The notes under the pieces are model-generated. The model did no database searches. It worked only from the letters and a program-made list of their open reading frames with translations, and was not told the DNA's origin. Shown here one piece after another: positions 23,558 to 34,021 of a stretch of DNA of 64,000 nucleotides. The stretch comes from Mustelus asterias (lineage: Eukaryota), in contig NC_135808.1 of NCBI RefSeq assembly GCF_964213995.1, positions 7,564,001 to 7,628,000 on the forward strand, read 5' to 3'. Made by a program: the position numbers and the translations under genes. How positions within the stretch are numbered: position 1 is the first letter of the stretch; each line of letters starts with the position of its first letter.

Positions 23558-25570
23558 TATGGCAGGGGGGTGGGGATCAAACTATTAGGTCTATAAGTGT
23601 GGTGGCTGGGGACGAGCTTGGGGCTGGGACAAGGCTGGCAAAGAAGAAGAGCACTCTGGGGGAGGACGACCTCACTGAGCCTGGGGGTCTGGAGTGCTTA
23701 TACTTAAATGCAAGGAGCGTAGCAGGTAAAACAGATGAACTTGGGGCCTTAATGCGCACGAGGAATTTGGATGTGGTTGCGGTGACAGAGACTTGGTTGA
23801 AAGAGGGACAGGACTGGCAGCTGAATATTCCAGGGTACAAGTGTTTTAGGCGAGACAGAGGAGGGGCCAAAAGAGGTGGGGGAGTAGCGGTATTGGTTGG
23901 AGAGCATATTACAGCGGTGCAGAGGGAGGACAATTCGGAGGAGTCGTGTAGCGAGTCACTCTGGGTGGAGCTTAGAAACAGGAAAGGCGCAGTCACTATG
24001 TTGGGGGTGTACTACAGGCCCCCCAACAGCCCAAGGGAAGTGGAAGAATGGATATGTCAGGAGATACTGGATAGGTGCAGGAAATATAGGGTTGTTGTAG
24101 TGGGAGACTTCAATTTCCCTGGTATAGACTGGAAATCGCTGAGGGCAGGGACTCTGGATGGTGAGGCATTTGTAAAATGTGTACAGGAGGGTTCGTTGGA
24201 ACAATATGTGGACAGCCCAACTAGAGAGGGGGCTATACTGGACCTGGTGCTGGGGAATGAGCCCGGTCAGGTCTTCAAAGTTTTGGTTGGGGAACATGTG
24301 GCAAATAGTGACCACAATTCTGTTAGCTTTAGGATAGTGATGGAAAAGGATGAGTGGTGTCCCAAGGGTAAGGTGTTGGATTGGGGGAAGGCTAACTTTA
24401 TTGGGATCAGGCAGAAATTGGCAGCTCTTGATTGGGAGAGGCTGTTTGAGGGTAAATCCACATCTGGTATGTGGCAGTCTTTTAAGGAACGGTTGTTAGG
24501 GCTACAGGACAAGCATGTGCCTGTAAAAAAGAAGGATAGGAAGGGTAGGATTAGAGAACCGTGGATAACCAGGGAAATTGAGGGACTGGTCAAAAGGAAA
24601 AGAGAGGCGTATGTTAGGTCCAAGCAGCTAAAAACGGAGGGAGCTCTGGAGGAGTATAATGAAAGTAGGAAAATACTCAAACGGGGAATTAGAAGAGCAA
24701 AAAGGGGTCACGAAATGTTCTTGGCAGACAGGATTAAGGAGAATCCCAAGGCATTTTATTCATACGTTAGGAACAAAAGGGTTGTTAGGGAAAAAATCGG
24801 ACCTCTCAGGGACAAAAGTGGGGACTTATGCTTGGAGCCCAAAGAGGTAGGGGAGATCCTAAATGAATACTTTGCGTCGGTATTCACTAAGGAGAGGGAT
24901 GTGTTGACTGGGAGTGTCTCGGAGGGGAGTGTTGAACCGTTGGAGAAAATCTCCATTACAAAGGAGGAAGTGTTAGGTTTGTTAGAGAATATAAAGACTG
25001 ACAAATCCCCAGGGCCTGATGGAATCTATCCAAGGCTGCTCAGGGAGACGAGAGGTGAAATCGTTGGGCCTCTGACGCAAATCTTTGTCTCGTCACTGGA
25101 CACAGGTGAGGTCCCAGAGGATTGGAGGATAGCCAATGTGGTCCCGTTATTTAAGAAGGGTAGGAAGGATAACCCGGGTAATTATAGGCCGGTGAGCTTG
25201 ACGTCCGTGGTGGGGAAGTTGTTGGAGAAGATTCTTAAAGATAGGATGTATGCGCATTTAGAAAGGAATAAACTCATTAACGATAGTCAACATGGTTTTG
25301 TGAGAGGGAGGTCATGCCTCACGAACCTGGTGGTGTTTTTTGAAGAAGTGACCAAAATGGTTGACGAAGGAAGGGCCGTGGATGTTGTCTATATGGACTT
25401 TAGTAAAGCATTTGACAAAGTCCCTCATGGTAGGCTAGTGAAAAAGGTTGGATCCCATGGGATAAAGGGGGAGGTGGCTAGATGGGTGGAGAACTGGCTT
25501 GGTCATAGAAGACAGAGGGTGGTAGTGGAAGGGTCTTTTTCCGGCTGGAGGCCTGTGACTAGTGGTGTAC
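23548..25570 (+). pseudogene. CR1 ORF2, 5' part (AP endonuclease + N-terminal RT)
   Basis: CLYLNARS, VTETWL, GDFN, SDH, NYRPVSLTS, QHGF, YMDFSKAFD motifs. No stops until the insertion at SGV|PQG. Confidence 0.92.
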
Positions 25571-26445
25571 ACAGTAAGAAGTTTAACAACACCAGGTTAA
25601 AGTCCAACAGGTTTATTTGGTAGCAAAAGCCACACAAGCTTTCGAGGCTCTGAGCCCCTTCTTCAGGTGAGTAGGAATTCTGTTCACAAACAGAACTTAT
25701 AAGACACAGACTCAATTTACATGAATAATGGTTGGAATGCGAATACTTACAACTAATCCAGTCTTTAAGAAACAAAACAATGGGAGTGGAGAGAGCATCA
25801 AGACAGGCTAAAAAGATGTGTATTGTCTCCAGACAAGACAGCCAGTGAAACTCTGCAGGTCCACGCAACTGTGGGAGTTACAAATAGTGTGACATAAATT
25901 CTGATTCTAGGATCGCATGATAAAGACTCAGGAGGAAAAAAGCAGAAATATTTATGTGAAATAGTGTGACATAAACCCAATATCCCGGTTGAGGCCGTCC
26001 TTGTGTGTGCGGAACCTGGCTATCAGTTTCTGCTCCGCGACTCTGCGCTGTCGTGTGTCGCGAAGGCCGCCTTGGAGAACGCTTACCCGAATATCAGAGG
26101 CCGAATGCCCATGACCGCTGAAGTGCTCCCCAACAGGAAGAGAACAGTCTTGCCTGGTGATTGTCGAGCGGTGTTCATTCATCCGTTGTCGCAGCGTCTG
26201 CATAGTTTCCCCAATGTACCATGCCTCGGGACATCCTTTCTTGCAGCGTATCAGGTAGACAACGTTGGCCGAGTTGCAAGAGTATGTACCGTGTACCTGG
26301 TGGATGGTGTTCTCACGTGAGATGATGGCATCTGTGTCGATGATCCGGCACGTCTTGCAGAGGTTGCTGTGGCAGGGTTGTGTGGTGTCTTGGTCACTGT
26401 TCTCCTGAAGGCTGGGTAGTTTGCTGCGGACAATGGTCTGTTTGA
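25571..26445 (-). mobile_element. Penelope-like element (Neptune type), 5'-truncated, with 7-bp TSD GGTGTAC
   Basis: Open frame KQTIVRSKL...PCHSNLCKTC...CNSANVVYLIRCKKGCPEAWYIGETMQTLRQRMNEH...VGEHF...GLNRD (Cys-rich linker + GIY-YIG endonuclease), stop at 25952. TSD at 25564-25570 and 26446-26452. Confidence 0.92.
25631..25672 (-). ncRNA. Minimal hammerhead ribozyme motif in the Penelope pLTR
   Basis: Minus strand cacCUGAAGA-aggggcucagagccuc-GAAA-gcuu-gug: core boxes CUGANGA/GAAA, stem II, palindromic AGCU in place of stem III, CAC/GUG stem I. Followed by AATAAA. Confidence 0.65.
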
Positions 26446-26452
26446 GGTGTAC

Positions 26453-27363
26453 CGCAGGGCTCTGTATTGGGACCTCTGCTGTTTGTGATTTATATAAATG
26501 ATCTGGAAGAAGGAGTAACTGGGGTGATCAGTAAGTTTGCGGACGACACAAAACTGGCAGGACTTGCAGATAGTGAGGAACATTGTCAGAGGCTACAGAA
26601 GGATATAGATAGGCTGGAAATTTGGGCAAGGAAATGGCAGATGGAGTTCAATCCTGATAAATGCGAAGTGATGCATTTTGGTGGGAATAATGTAGGGAGG
26701 AGCTACACGATAAATGGAAGAACCATAAAGGGTGTAGAGACGCAGAGGGACCTGGGTGTGCAAGTCCACAGATCTTTGAAGGTGACGTCACAGGTGGAGA
26801 AGGTGGTGAAGAAGGCATATGGCATGCTTGCCTTTATAGGACGGGGCATAGAGTATAAAAGTTGGGGTCTGATGTTGCAGATGTATAGAACGTTGGTTCG
26901 GCCGCATTTGGAATACTGCGTCCAGTTCTGGTCGCCACACTACCAGAAGGACGTGGAGGCTTTGGAGAGAGTACAGAGGAGGTTTACCAGGATGTTGCCT
27001 GGTATGGAGGGGCTTGGTTATGAGGAGAGATTGGGGGAACTGGGGTTGTTCTCCTTGGAAAGACGGAGGATGAGGGGAGACTTAATAGAGGTGTATAAAA
27101 TTATGAAAGGCATAGATAGGGTGAACGGTGGGAAGCTTTTCCCCGGGTCGGTGGTGACGTTCACGAGGGGTCATAGGTTCAAGGTGAAGGGGGGGAGGTT
27201 TAACACAGATATCAGAAGGACATATTTCACACAGAGGGTCGTGGGGGCCTGGAATGTGTTGCCGGGCAAGGTGGTGGAGGCGGACACACTGGGAACGTTT
27301 AAGACTTATCTAGACAGCTATATGAACGGAGTGGGAATGGAGGGATACAAAAGAGTGGTCTAG
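26453..27363 (+). pseudogene. CR1 ORF2, 3' part (RT, FADD motif, C-terminal domain)
   Basis: Resumes [11 protein letters not shown]...KFADDTK...YRTLVRPHLEYC...RGH. Joins the 5' part in frame once the insert and one TSD copy are removed (978 codons counted from 23548). Confidence 0.92.
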
Positions 27364-28012
27364 TTTGGACCAGAGAGCGGCGCGGGCTAATTGTTCCTGG
27401 TTTCTTGTTTCAAGGCTTCATTCTATGATCATCTTGCTGGTGCCAGTACAGAGTGAGACTGCGGATAGTTGGGAACCTGTCTCGGGGGCAGGGAATTCAT
27501 ATGGTGTTCGTGGAAGTGGAAATGACTAGGGTTGGGAAGCATTTTCCGATCGGGGCCATTGTGATCTCCTGGACTCGTTTCGATCGCCTCAGGGAGTCGG
27601 AGAGGAATTTCCCAGATTTTTTTTCCCCATATTGGCCCTGGGGTTTTTCACTCTGGGTTTTCGCCTCTCCCTGGAGATCACATGGTCTGGAATGGGGGGG
27701 TGGGGGTATGTTAATAGGTTGTAATGAACAAAGCATCGTAGCTGTGAGGGACAGCTCGGTGGATAGGATATTGGTATGTAGATAGGCTGGAAAATTGGGC
27801 GGGGATCCTGGATTCAGGATTCAATCCTGGACCGGGGAGCGGCGCGGGCTTGGAGGGCCGAAGGGCCTGTTCCTGTGCTGTATTGTTCTTTGTTCTTTGT
27901 CTTTCAAGCTGGTGCCGTTTTTACTGAGTTGAAATTCAGTTCATCTGAAGCTCTACGTCGATGTATCTCCAGGTTGAAGTTTATGTATTTATTTATATTA
28001 TATTGTACTGTT

Positions 28013-29583
28013 TAAAGTTTTATTTATTAGTGTCACAAGTTGGCTTACATTAACACTGCAATGAATCTGCTGTGAAAATTCCCAAGTCACCACACTTCGG
28101 CACCTGTTTGGGTACACTGAGAGGCAATTCAGCATGGGCTATGAACCTAAGGGGCACGTCTTTCAGACTGTGGGAGGAAACAGGAGCACCCGGAGGAAAC
28201 CCACGCAGACACGAGGGAGAACATGCAGACTCCGCACAGACAGTGACCCGAGCCAGGAATCGAACCCAGGTCACTGGCGCTGTGGTGCAGCAGTGCTAAC
28301 CACTGTGCCACCGTGTTGCCCGTTATAATTTTGGCACAGCTCCTCTGCAGCCCTCATTCTCAGAAGCAGAAGAAAGCAATGTCATCTGCTGCTTCTCCCA
28401 TGCCTTGTGCACCAGTCCTATGTGTCAACACATCCTGTCTCTGCCACTTTCTTGCCCACTTGCTTCGCCTACTTAAGTCCCGTCGCATGGCTGTTCACTT
28501 CCTGCTCACGACGTGCTTTCCCACTGAGCTGTGTGTCTCTCTGCTAAACTCTGCTCACTCCCAGCCCCTTCATCCAGGTTGTAGATAGCTGCAGTGGTAA
28601 CACCGGCGTCTGGCAATGCCTCGTGTGACCTATTTTTCACATAGCCTTCTTAATATATTACTCCTGACTCCATGCACCCATATCTGGTGCAACAATATGG
28701 ATCTTTATCGAATGTCTTCAGAAAATCAAAACACGCAGAGGGTGGCACAGTGACACAGTTGTTAGCACTGCTGCATCACAGCTCCAAGGACCTGGTTTCG
28801 ATTCCAGGCTTGGGTCACTGTCTGTGCCAGTCTGCACATTCTCCCCATGTCTTCATGGGTTTCCTCCGGGTGCTCTGGTTTCTTGCCACAGTCCAAAAGA
28901 CATGCTGGTTAGGTGCATTGGCCGTGCTAAATTCTCCCTCAGTGTACCCAAACAGGCGCTGGAGTGTGGCAACTCGGGGATTTTCACAATAACTTCATTG
29001 CAGTGTCAATGTAAGCCTACCTGTGACACGAATAAATAAACTTTAAACTACCCTGCTAATTACGAAATAATTCTAATGCGTTTGTCAAACACAATTCCCC
29101 TATCACGACACCTCTAATGAGGAAAGGTTAGACAGACTGAGCTTGTATCCACTGGCGCTTAGACGAGTGAGGAATGACTTGATTGAACTATATAAGATCC
29201 TGAACGGTCTTGGCAAGGAGGGCGTAGAATGTTTCCCCTTGTGGGTGAGTCTAGAACAAAGGGGCACAGTTTTAAAATTAGGGCCCTCCCTTTGAGTTTA
29301 AGTTTTAAGTTTATTCATTAGTGTTACAAGTAGGCTTACATTAACACTGCAATGAAGTTACTGTGAAAAGCCCCTAGTCACCACACTTCGGCACCCGTTC
29401 GGGGACACTGAGGGAGAATTTAGCATGGTCAATGCACCTAACCAGCACGTCTTTTGGACTGTGGGAGGAAACTAGAGCACCCGGAGGAAACCCACGCAGA
29501 CACGGGGAGAACGTGCAGACTCGCACAGAGAGTGACCCAAGCTGGGATTCGAACCCTGGCGCTGTGAGGCAGCAGTGCTAACC
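28013..29583. mobile_element. Cluster of alternative-tail HE1-type SINEs (28013-28320 -, 28740-29048 +, 29296-29583 - inside a CR1 fragment)
   Basis: Each has the HE1 head/V domain plus the aacttcattgcagtgttaatgtaagcctac tail. Confidence 0.8.
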
Positions 29584-30676
29584 AAAGGACAGAGATTAGT
29601 AGATTTTTGTTTCTCTGAGGGTCATGTGTCTTTGGAATATTCTGCCTCAGAAGGTGTTCGAGGCGGGGTCACTGAATATTTCTAAGGTGGAGGGGGTGTA
29701 GATAGATTCGGCAAGGCAATCAAAGGGTACACAAACAAAAAATGCTGGAGAAATTCAACAGGTCTGACAGCATCTGTGGAGAGAGAACAGAGTTAACGTT
29801 TCGAGTCTAGCTGAGTCCAAAGATGTGCACGTTATTGATTGGCCATGCTAAATTGTCCCTTAGTGTCCTGGGATGTGTAGTTAGAGAGATTAGCGGGGTA
29901 AATGTGTGGGGTGACGGGGATAGCGCCTGGGTGGGATTGTTGTCGATGCAGACTCGATGGGCTGAATAGCCTCCTTCTGCACTGTAGGGTTTCTATGATT
30001 CATCAGGGTTTTGATTCAGATTTCAGCATCCACAGTATTTTGCCTTTATCTTAGGATTCAAAGTTTGCCCAGGGTAGATGGGGAACAATGAATTAAAAAC
30101 ACAAACAGATCAGCCACCATCTGACTGACTGGCAGAGGAGGCTGAAGGGCCGAATGGCCTACTTCTGCTCCTATCTGGTATCCTCTGAGGTAAACATCGA
30201 TATGATTTTCCAAGGTCCCTGTCATCATGTCCTGATCTCGGATTCCAGCATTTTTCCGGTGAAGGATGCCATGTTGACTGCAACATATCCCTGTTTTCTC
30301 CCTCTCCCCCCTCCTTTCCTAAATAGTGGGTGTCACGTCTGCTCCTTTCCAAATGGGACAGTCTCAGAGTGGTAGAATATCACACTTCTATAGATCACAT
30401 GTGAATTGTAACGTGCCTGGAATGCATCCGGATGACTGGAGCCGCTGGGTTTAAGCCCCACACAGACAGCAAAGCATTTGAATGCAGTACTGAGGGCGTG
30501 CTGCACTGTCAGGCGAGCCCCCGTCAGACTTTAATCGGATTGCTCCATCTGACGGGGAAAATGAACCCAAGTCATCCTCCTAGCATTCCTGACCTGTAAT
30601 CCAAGAAATATATGACCTAATCATTCCCAATAGGAATGCCAGGTTTGGCAGCATGACTCAGAAGTGAGACATGAAT

Positions 30677-30875
30677 GGGCGGGATTCTCCATCCTCGCTG
30701 GCGGCTGGGATTCTCCGGTCCCCGCTGCAGTGAATAGACTCCGGGGATTCTTCAGTCTCGCAGGCCCCCGCAACCGCTGCCAGCGGGAAAGAAGAATTCG
30801 GCGCTCAGCCAAATCTCCCTCGGCAGCAGCGGGACCGGAGAATTCCAGCCGCCGTCGAGGACGGAGAATCTTACC
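30677..30875. mobile_element. GC-rich palindromic MITE-like element
   Basis: ~45-bp inverted arms GATTCTCC..GCGGCTGGGATTCTCCGGTCCC(C)GCTGC / GCAGCGGGACCGGAGAATTCCAGCCGC..GGAGAATC. Relatives at ~9880-10050, 22050-22190, 52146-52262 and 56458-56597. Confidence 0.6.
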
Positions 30876-31544
30876 GAAATTGAACTAAGCAGCAATTCGT
30901 GCCTTTACAAGATCTGAGAATTCCGATGGATTTTGGAACTCGCTGAGGGTGTGTGTGTGGTGTGGGGATGGGAGTTGGGAGGCGGGAGGAGCTACGCATC
31001 GTTCAGGCTCAGATAAAGTGCAAGTTCTTCCTAATTGTTAGCATTTCACATGCAATGCCGTCGCGGTTACAGCAGAGCTGTATCACCCGCTCTCTGGTTT
31101 CGTGGGGGTGCATATCCTGTTTTACAGTCAGCCCATTCTCGCTGCCAGCATCTCGCCAAGAGCGAAACATGCACCGACCTTTAAGGATGTCTTGATTCTC
31201 AAACCTGTTTACCTTTTGCAAACTGACCTAGTCCCCATTTCAGTTTGAAGACTGTGGGATGTTAATGATTCGTCCATTGACACAGTCAGAGCAGCTAGTT
31301 CGCTCAGCAAGCTATTGTAGCTTGAATCAAAGTCAGAAAATGTTGGATAAACTCAGCAGGTCTGGAACCTTCTGTGGAAAGAGGGAGACAGAGTCAACGG
31401 TATGAGAGAAACGCATATTGTTTTAAATGAGGTTTTACAGTGGTTTGCATGTCTCTTTAACGGATGTGGGGGTTCGGGGGGGGTGGGTTCGGGATAGGTT
31501 TATGCAGATGTGTCTTCCAAGAGCTGTGAGTCACACACTCCAGA

Positions 31545-32585
31545 AGGAGAGGGCTGGCGGGGGAGGGAGAGTGGGGAAGAGAGATAACGGAGAGGGGATG
31601 GGTGAATCAGAGAAGAGGAGGGGAGAGGTGAGGAGGGGGGTCATGAGGGGAGAGGGGAATGAGGCGAGAGAAATGGGACGGAGAGTGTTGGGGGGGAGAC
31701 GGGAGAGGAGTTGGGAGGGGAGGGAGAGTGTGGGGCCAAAGGTGGGAGGGCGGGAATAGAGGAGGAGGGGAGGGAGTGAGTGGAGGAAGAGGGGAGAGGA
31801 TTAAAAGGGGAGAGACAGTAGGGGGAAGGGAAGGGGTGATGGAGAGGGGATGGGATGAGAAGGGCGGAAGGGGGAGGGGGAAGGGGATGTGGAGGGGTGG
31901 CAGGGATGGGGTGATGGATAAGGCGAGGGAGGGGAAGGGGAGGAGGAAGGGACAGATGGAGAGAGCGGAGGGAGCGGGCAGGAGAGAAATGGAGGAAGGG
32001 GAGAGGCATGGGATGGAGGGGAGAGGGGTGGAGCGAGCGAGGAAAGAGGGGAGGAAGGGGGAAAGTGGGAAGACGTGGAGGGAGGAGGAGAGGGGAGAGA
32101 GAGGGAGAGAGGGGAGAGAGGAAGGGCGGGGAAGGAGAGGGAGGGAGGAGGGGGGGAGGGAGGAGAGGGGGAGGGAGGAGGCGGGAGAGAGGGAGGGAAG
32201 AGGAGAGAGATGGAATGGAGGGGAGAGGGGATGGAGGGGAGACGGGAGGGAGGGTTGGGAGGGAGGGGACACGGTGAGAGGGAGAGGAGAGGGAGGGAAA
32301 GGGGTGGGAGAGAGAGAGGGGAGAGGGAAGGGGGAGGGAGTGAAGAAGGGACGGGAAGGGAGTGGAGGGGCCGATTGGAAGGAGAAAGGATGGGGAGGCG
32401 GGAGGGGAGAGGGAAGAGAGGAAAGGGCGGAGAAGGAGGAGAAAGGGAATGCGTGGAGGGGCAGAACAGGAAGGGAGTCAGGGGAGGGCGGAGGGTGGGG
32501 AAGAGATGGAAGGAGCGGGGGAAGGAAGAGATGATTGGAAGGGCAGTGGGGAGACTGCAGAACGGGGAGAGAGGGAGAGAGAGAA
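31545..32585. repeat. ~1-kb polypurine (G/A) low-complexity tract
   Basis: Almost exclusively G and A on the + strand; the overlapping ORFs are compositional artefacts. Confidence 0.95.
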
Positions 32586-33361
32586 TGACATTTTACCTTG
32601 ATTAGCATGCCTGCAGTGAAATGCACCTCATCCACCTCAGTTAATAAACTACAGACAAACGGTGCAAGAATTGTTCCCGCTTCTTTGTGGGGCAGCACTG
32701 GGGTTGTGCCCAGGGAGATTCCTTCTGCATTCTCCAGAAATTCTAAACGTATTCATGAAGAAAGAACAAGAATAAGGAATGAAAATGTACTCAAACTGAT
32801 TGACACAGTCACCTGGAGTGAAACAAATTAAATGAATAATCTCTGTAGACCCACCTTTGATACTTCAAGCTCCCAATCCTACCATACAAACAAACGCACA
32901 GTGACCTCAATCCCGATAACAATGATTTAATACATGATAATTTGGAGATAGAGTATAGGGTGGGTGGGGGGAGAGACTAATTGGAGAGTTCTCATTCAGA
33001 TTACTTTTCTGTTGTAAGGTCTGTGTTACAGAGGCGAAGCCGCTTTGTACACGGGAGGGGGTGCATCTGGCTTTGAATTGAACAATACATCAGTCACACT
33101 TTCTGTTGCGAAATTTTATTTGCGAAATATTCACAACTCCCGTGACCTTACAGTGCAAACAAGCAGGCGAAGGTGATATTTTCCGCCACCCCCGTTGTTG
33201 CTGTGTGTTTTTTTTTTTGCAGAGTGCAGTTCAGAAGAAAATAGTTCTTTTCTCTTTCAGCTGGTTCGAGAATTGCAAAGCGCTCAGCCCACTGCTCCCC
33301 GTTCTGGAAAGGCAAAATAGCGCATTCAGCGCTCACTGCGGCACTGAGCCTCCAGAGGCAA

Positions 33362-33629
33362 CACGGTGGCACAGTGCTTAGCACTGCTGCCTCACAGAAC
33401 TAGGGACACGGGTTCGATTCCCAGCTTGGGTCTCTGTGTGGAGTCGGCACATTCTCCCCGTGCCTGTGTGGGTTTGCTCCGGTTTCCTCCCACAGAAATA
33501 TGTGCTTGTTAGGTGCATTGGCCATGCTGAATTCTCCATCAGTGTATCATAACAGGCGCCGGAGTGTGGCGACTAGGGGATTTTCGCAGTAATTAGGGGA
33601 CTTTCACAGTAACTTTATTGCAGTGTAAG
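33362..33629 (+). mobile_element. Alternative-tail HE1-type SINE hosting the hAT MITE
   Basis: Tail ..ttgcagtgtaag| resumes as |agtgtaagcctacctg at 38284. Confidence 0.8.
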
Positions 33630-34021
33630 TAGGATTTAGGCAGAAGCCAAACAAGCTACAGCTTGGGGCCTCACAAAATTTCAGCATTTTTTTTGAGGTG
33701 TTTTAAAATTACACGTGGCTTTTTATGTGTTCTGTAATTTTTGAAATGGCTTGTGTAGCAAATTTTTATGTGTAATTTTAAAATGGCAAAATGATAAATA
33801 TGTAAACAGTAAATGCATTCATTTGAAAATAATTTGTATTTTTCACTTTAAATACCTTGCTATTAAATAATTAAAAGGCATAATTATGTTGTCAATTTTT
33901 TTGTGGCGACCCAAGGTCCTGTTTTGGTACGCACCTTTATAGAACATAGAACATAGAAAGCCACAGCACAAACAGGCCCTTCGGCCCACAGGTTGCGCCG
34001 ATCACATCCCCACCTCTAGGC

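Larger units (their letters stand above)
22805..27900 (+). mobile_element. CR1-clade LINE, 5'-truncated within ORF1, interrupted by a Penelope element
   Basis: SGNH-esterase-type ORF1 remnant, APE+RT ORF2, (TGTTCTT)n 3' tail ending ~27900. Short tandem duplication GTCACAGTTAGGAGGA at the 5' junction. Confidence 0.93.

Noticed and set aside
31607-32605. Long Pro/Ser/Leu- and Gly/Arg/Glu-rich ORFs (363, 291, 176 aa)
   Set aside because: Artefacts of the polypurine tract, which is depleted of stop codons.
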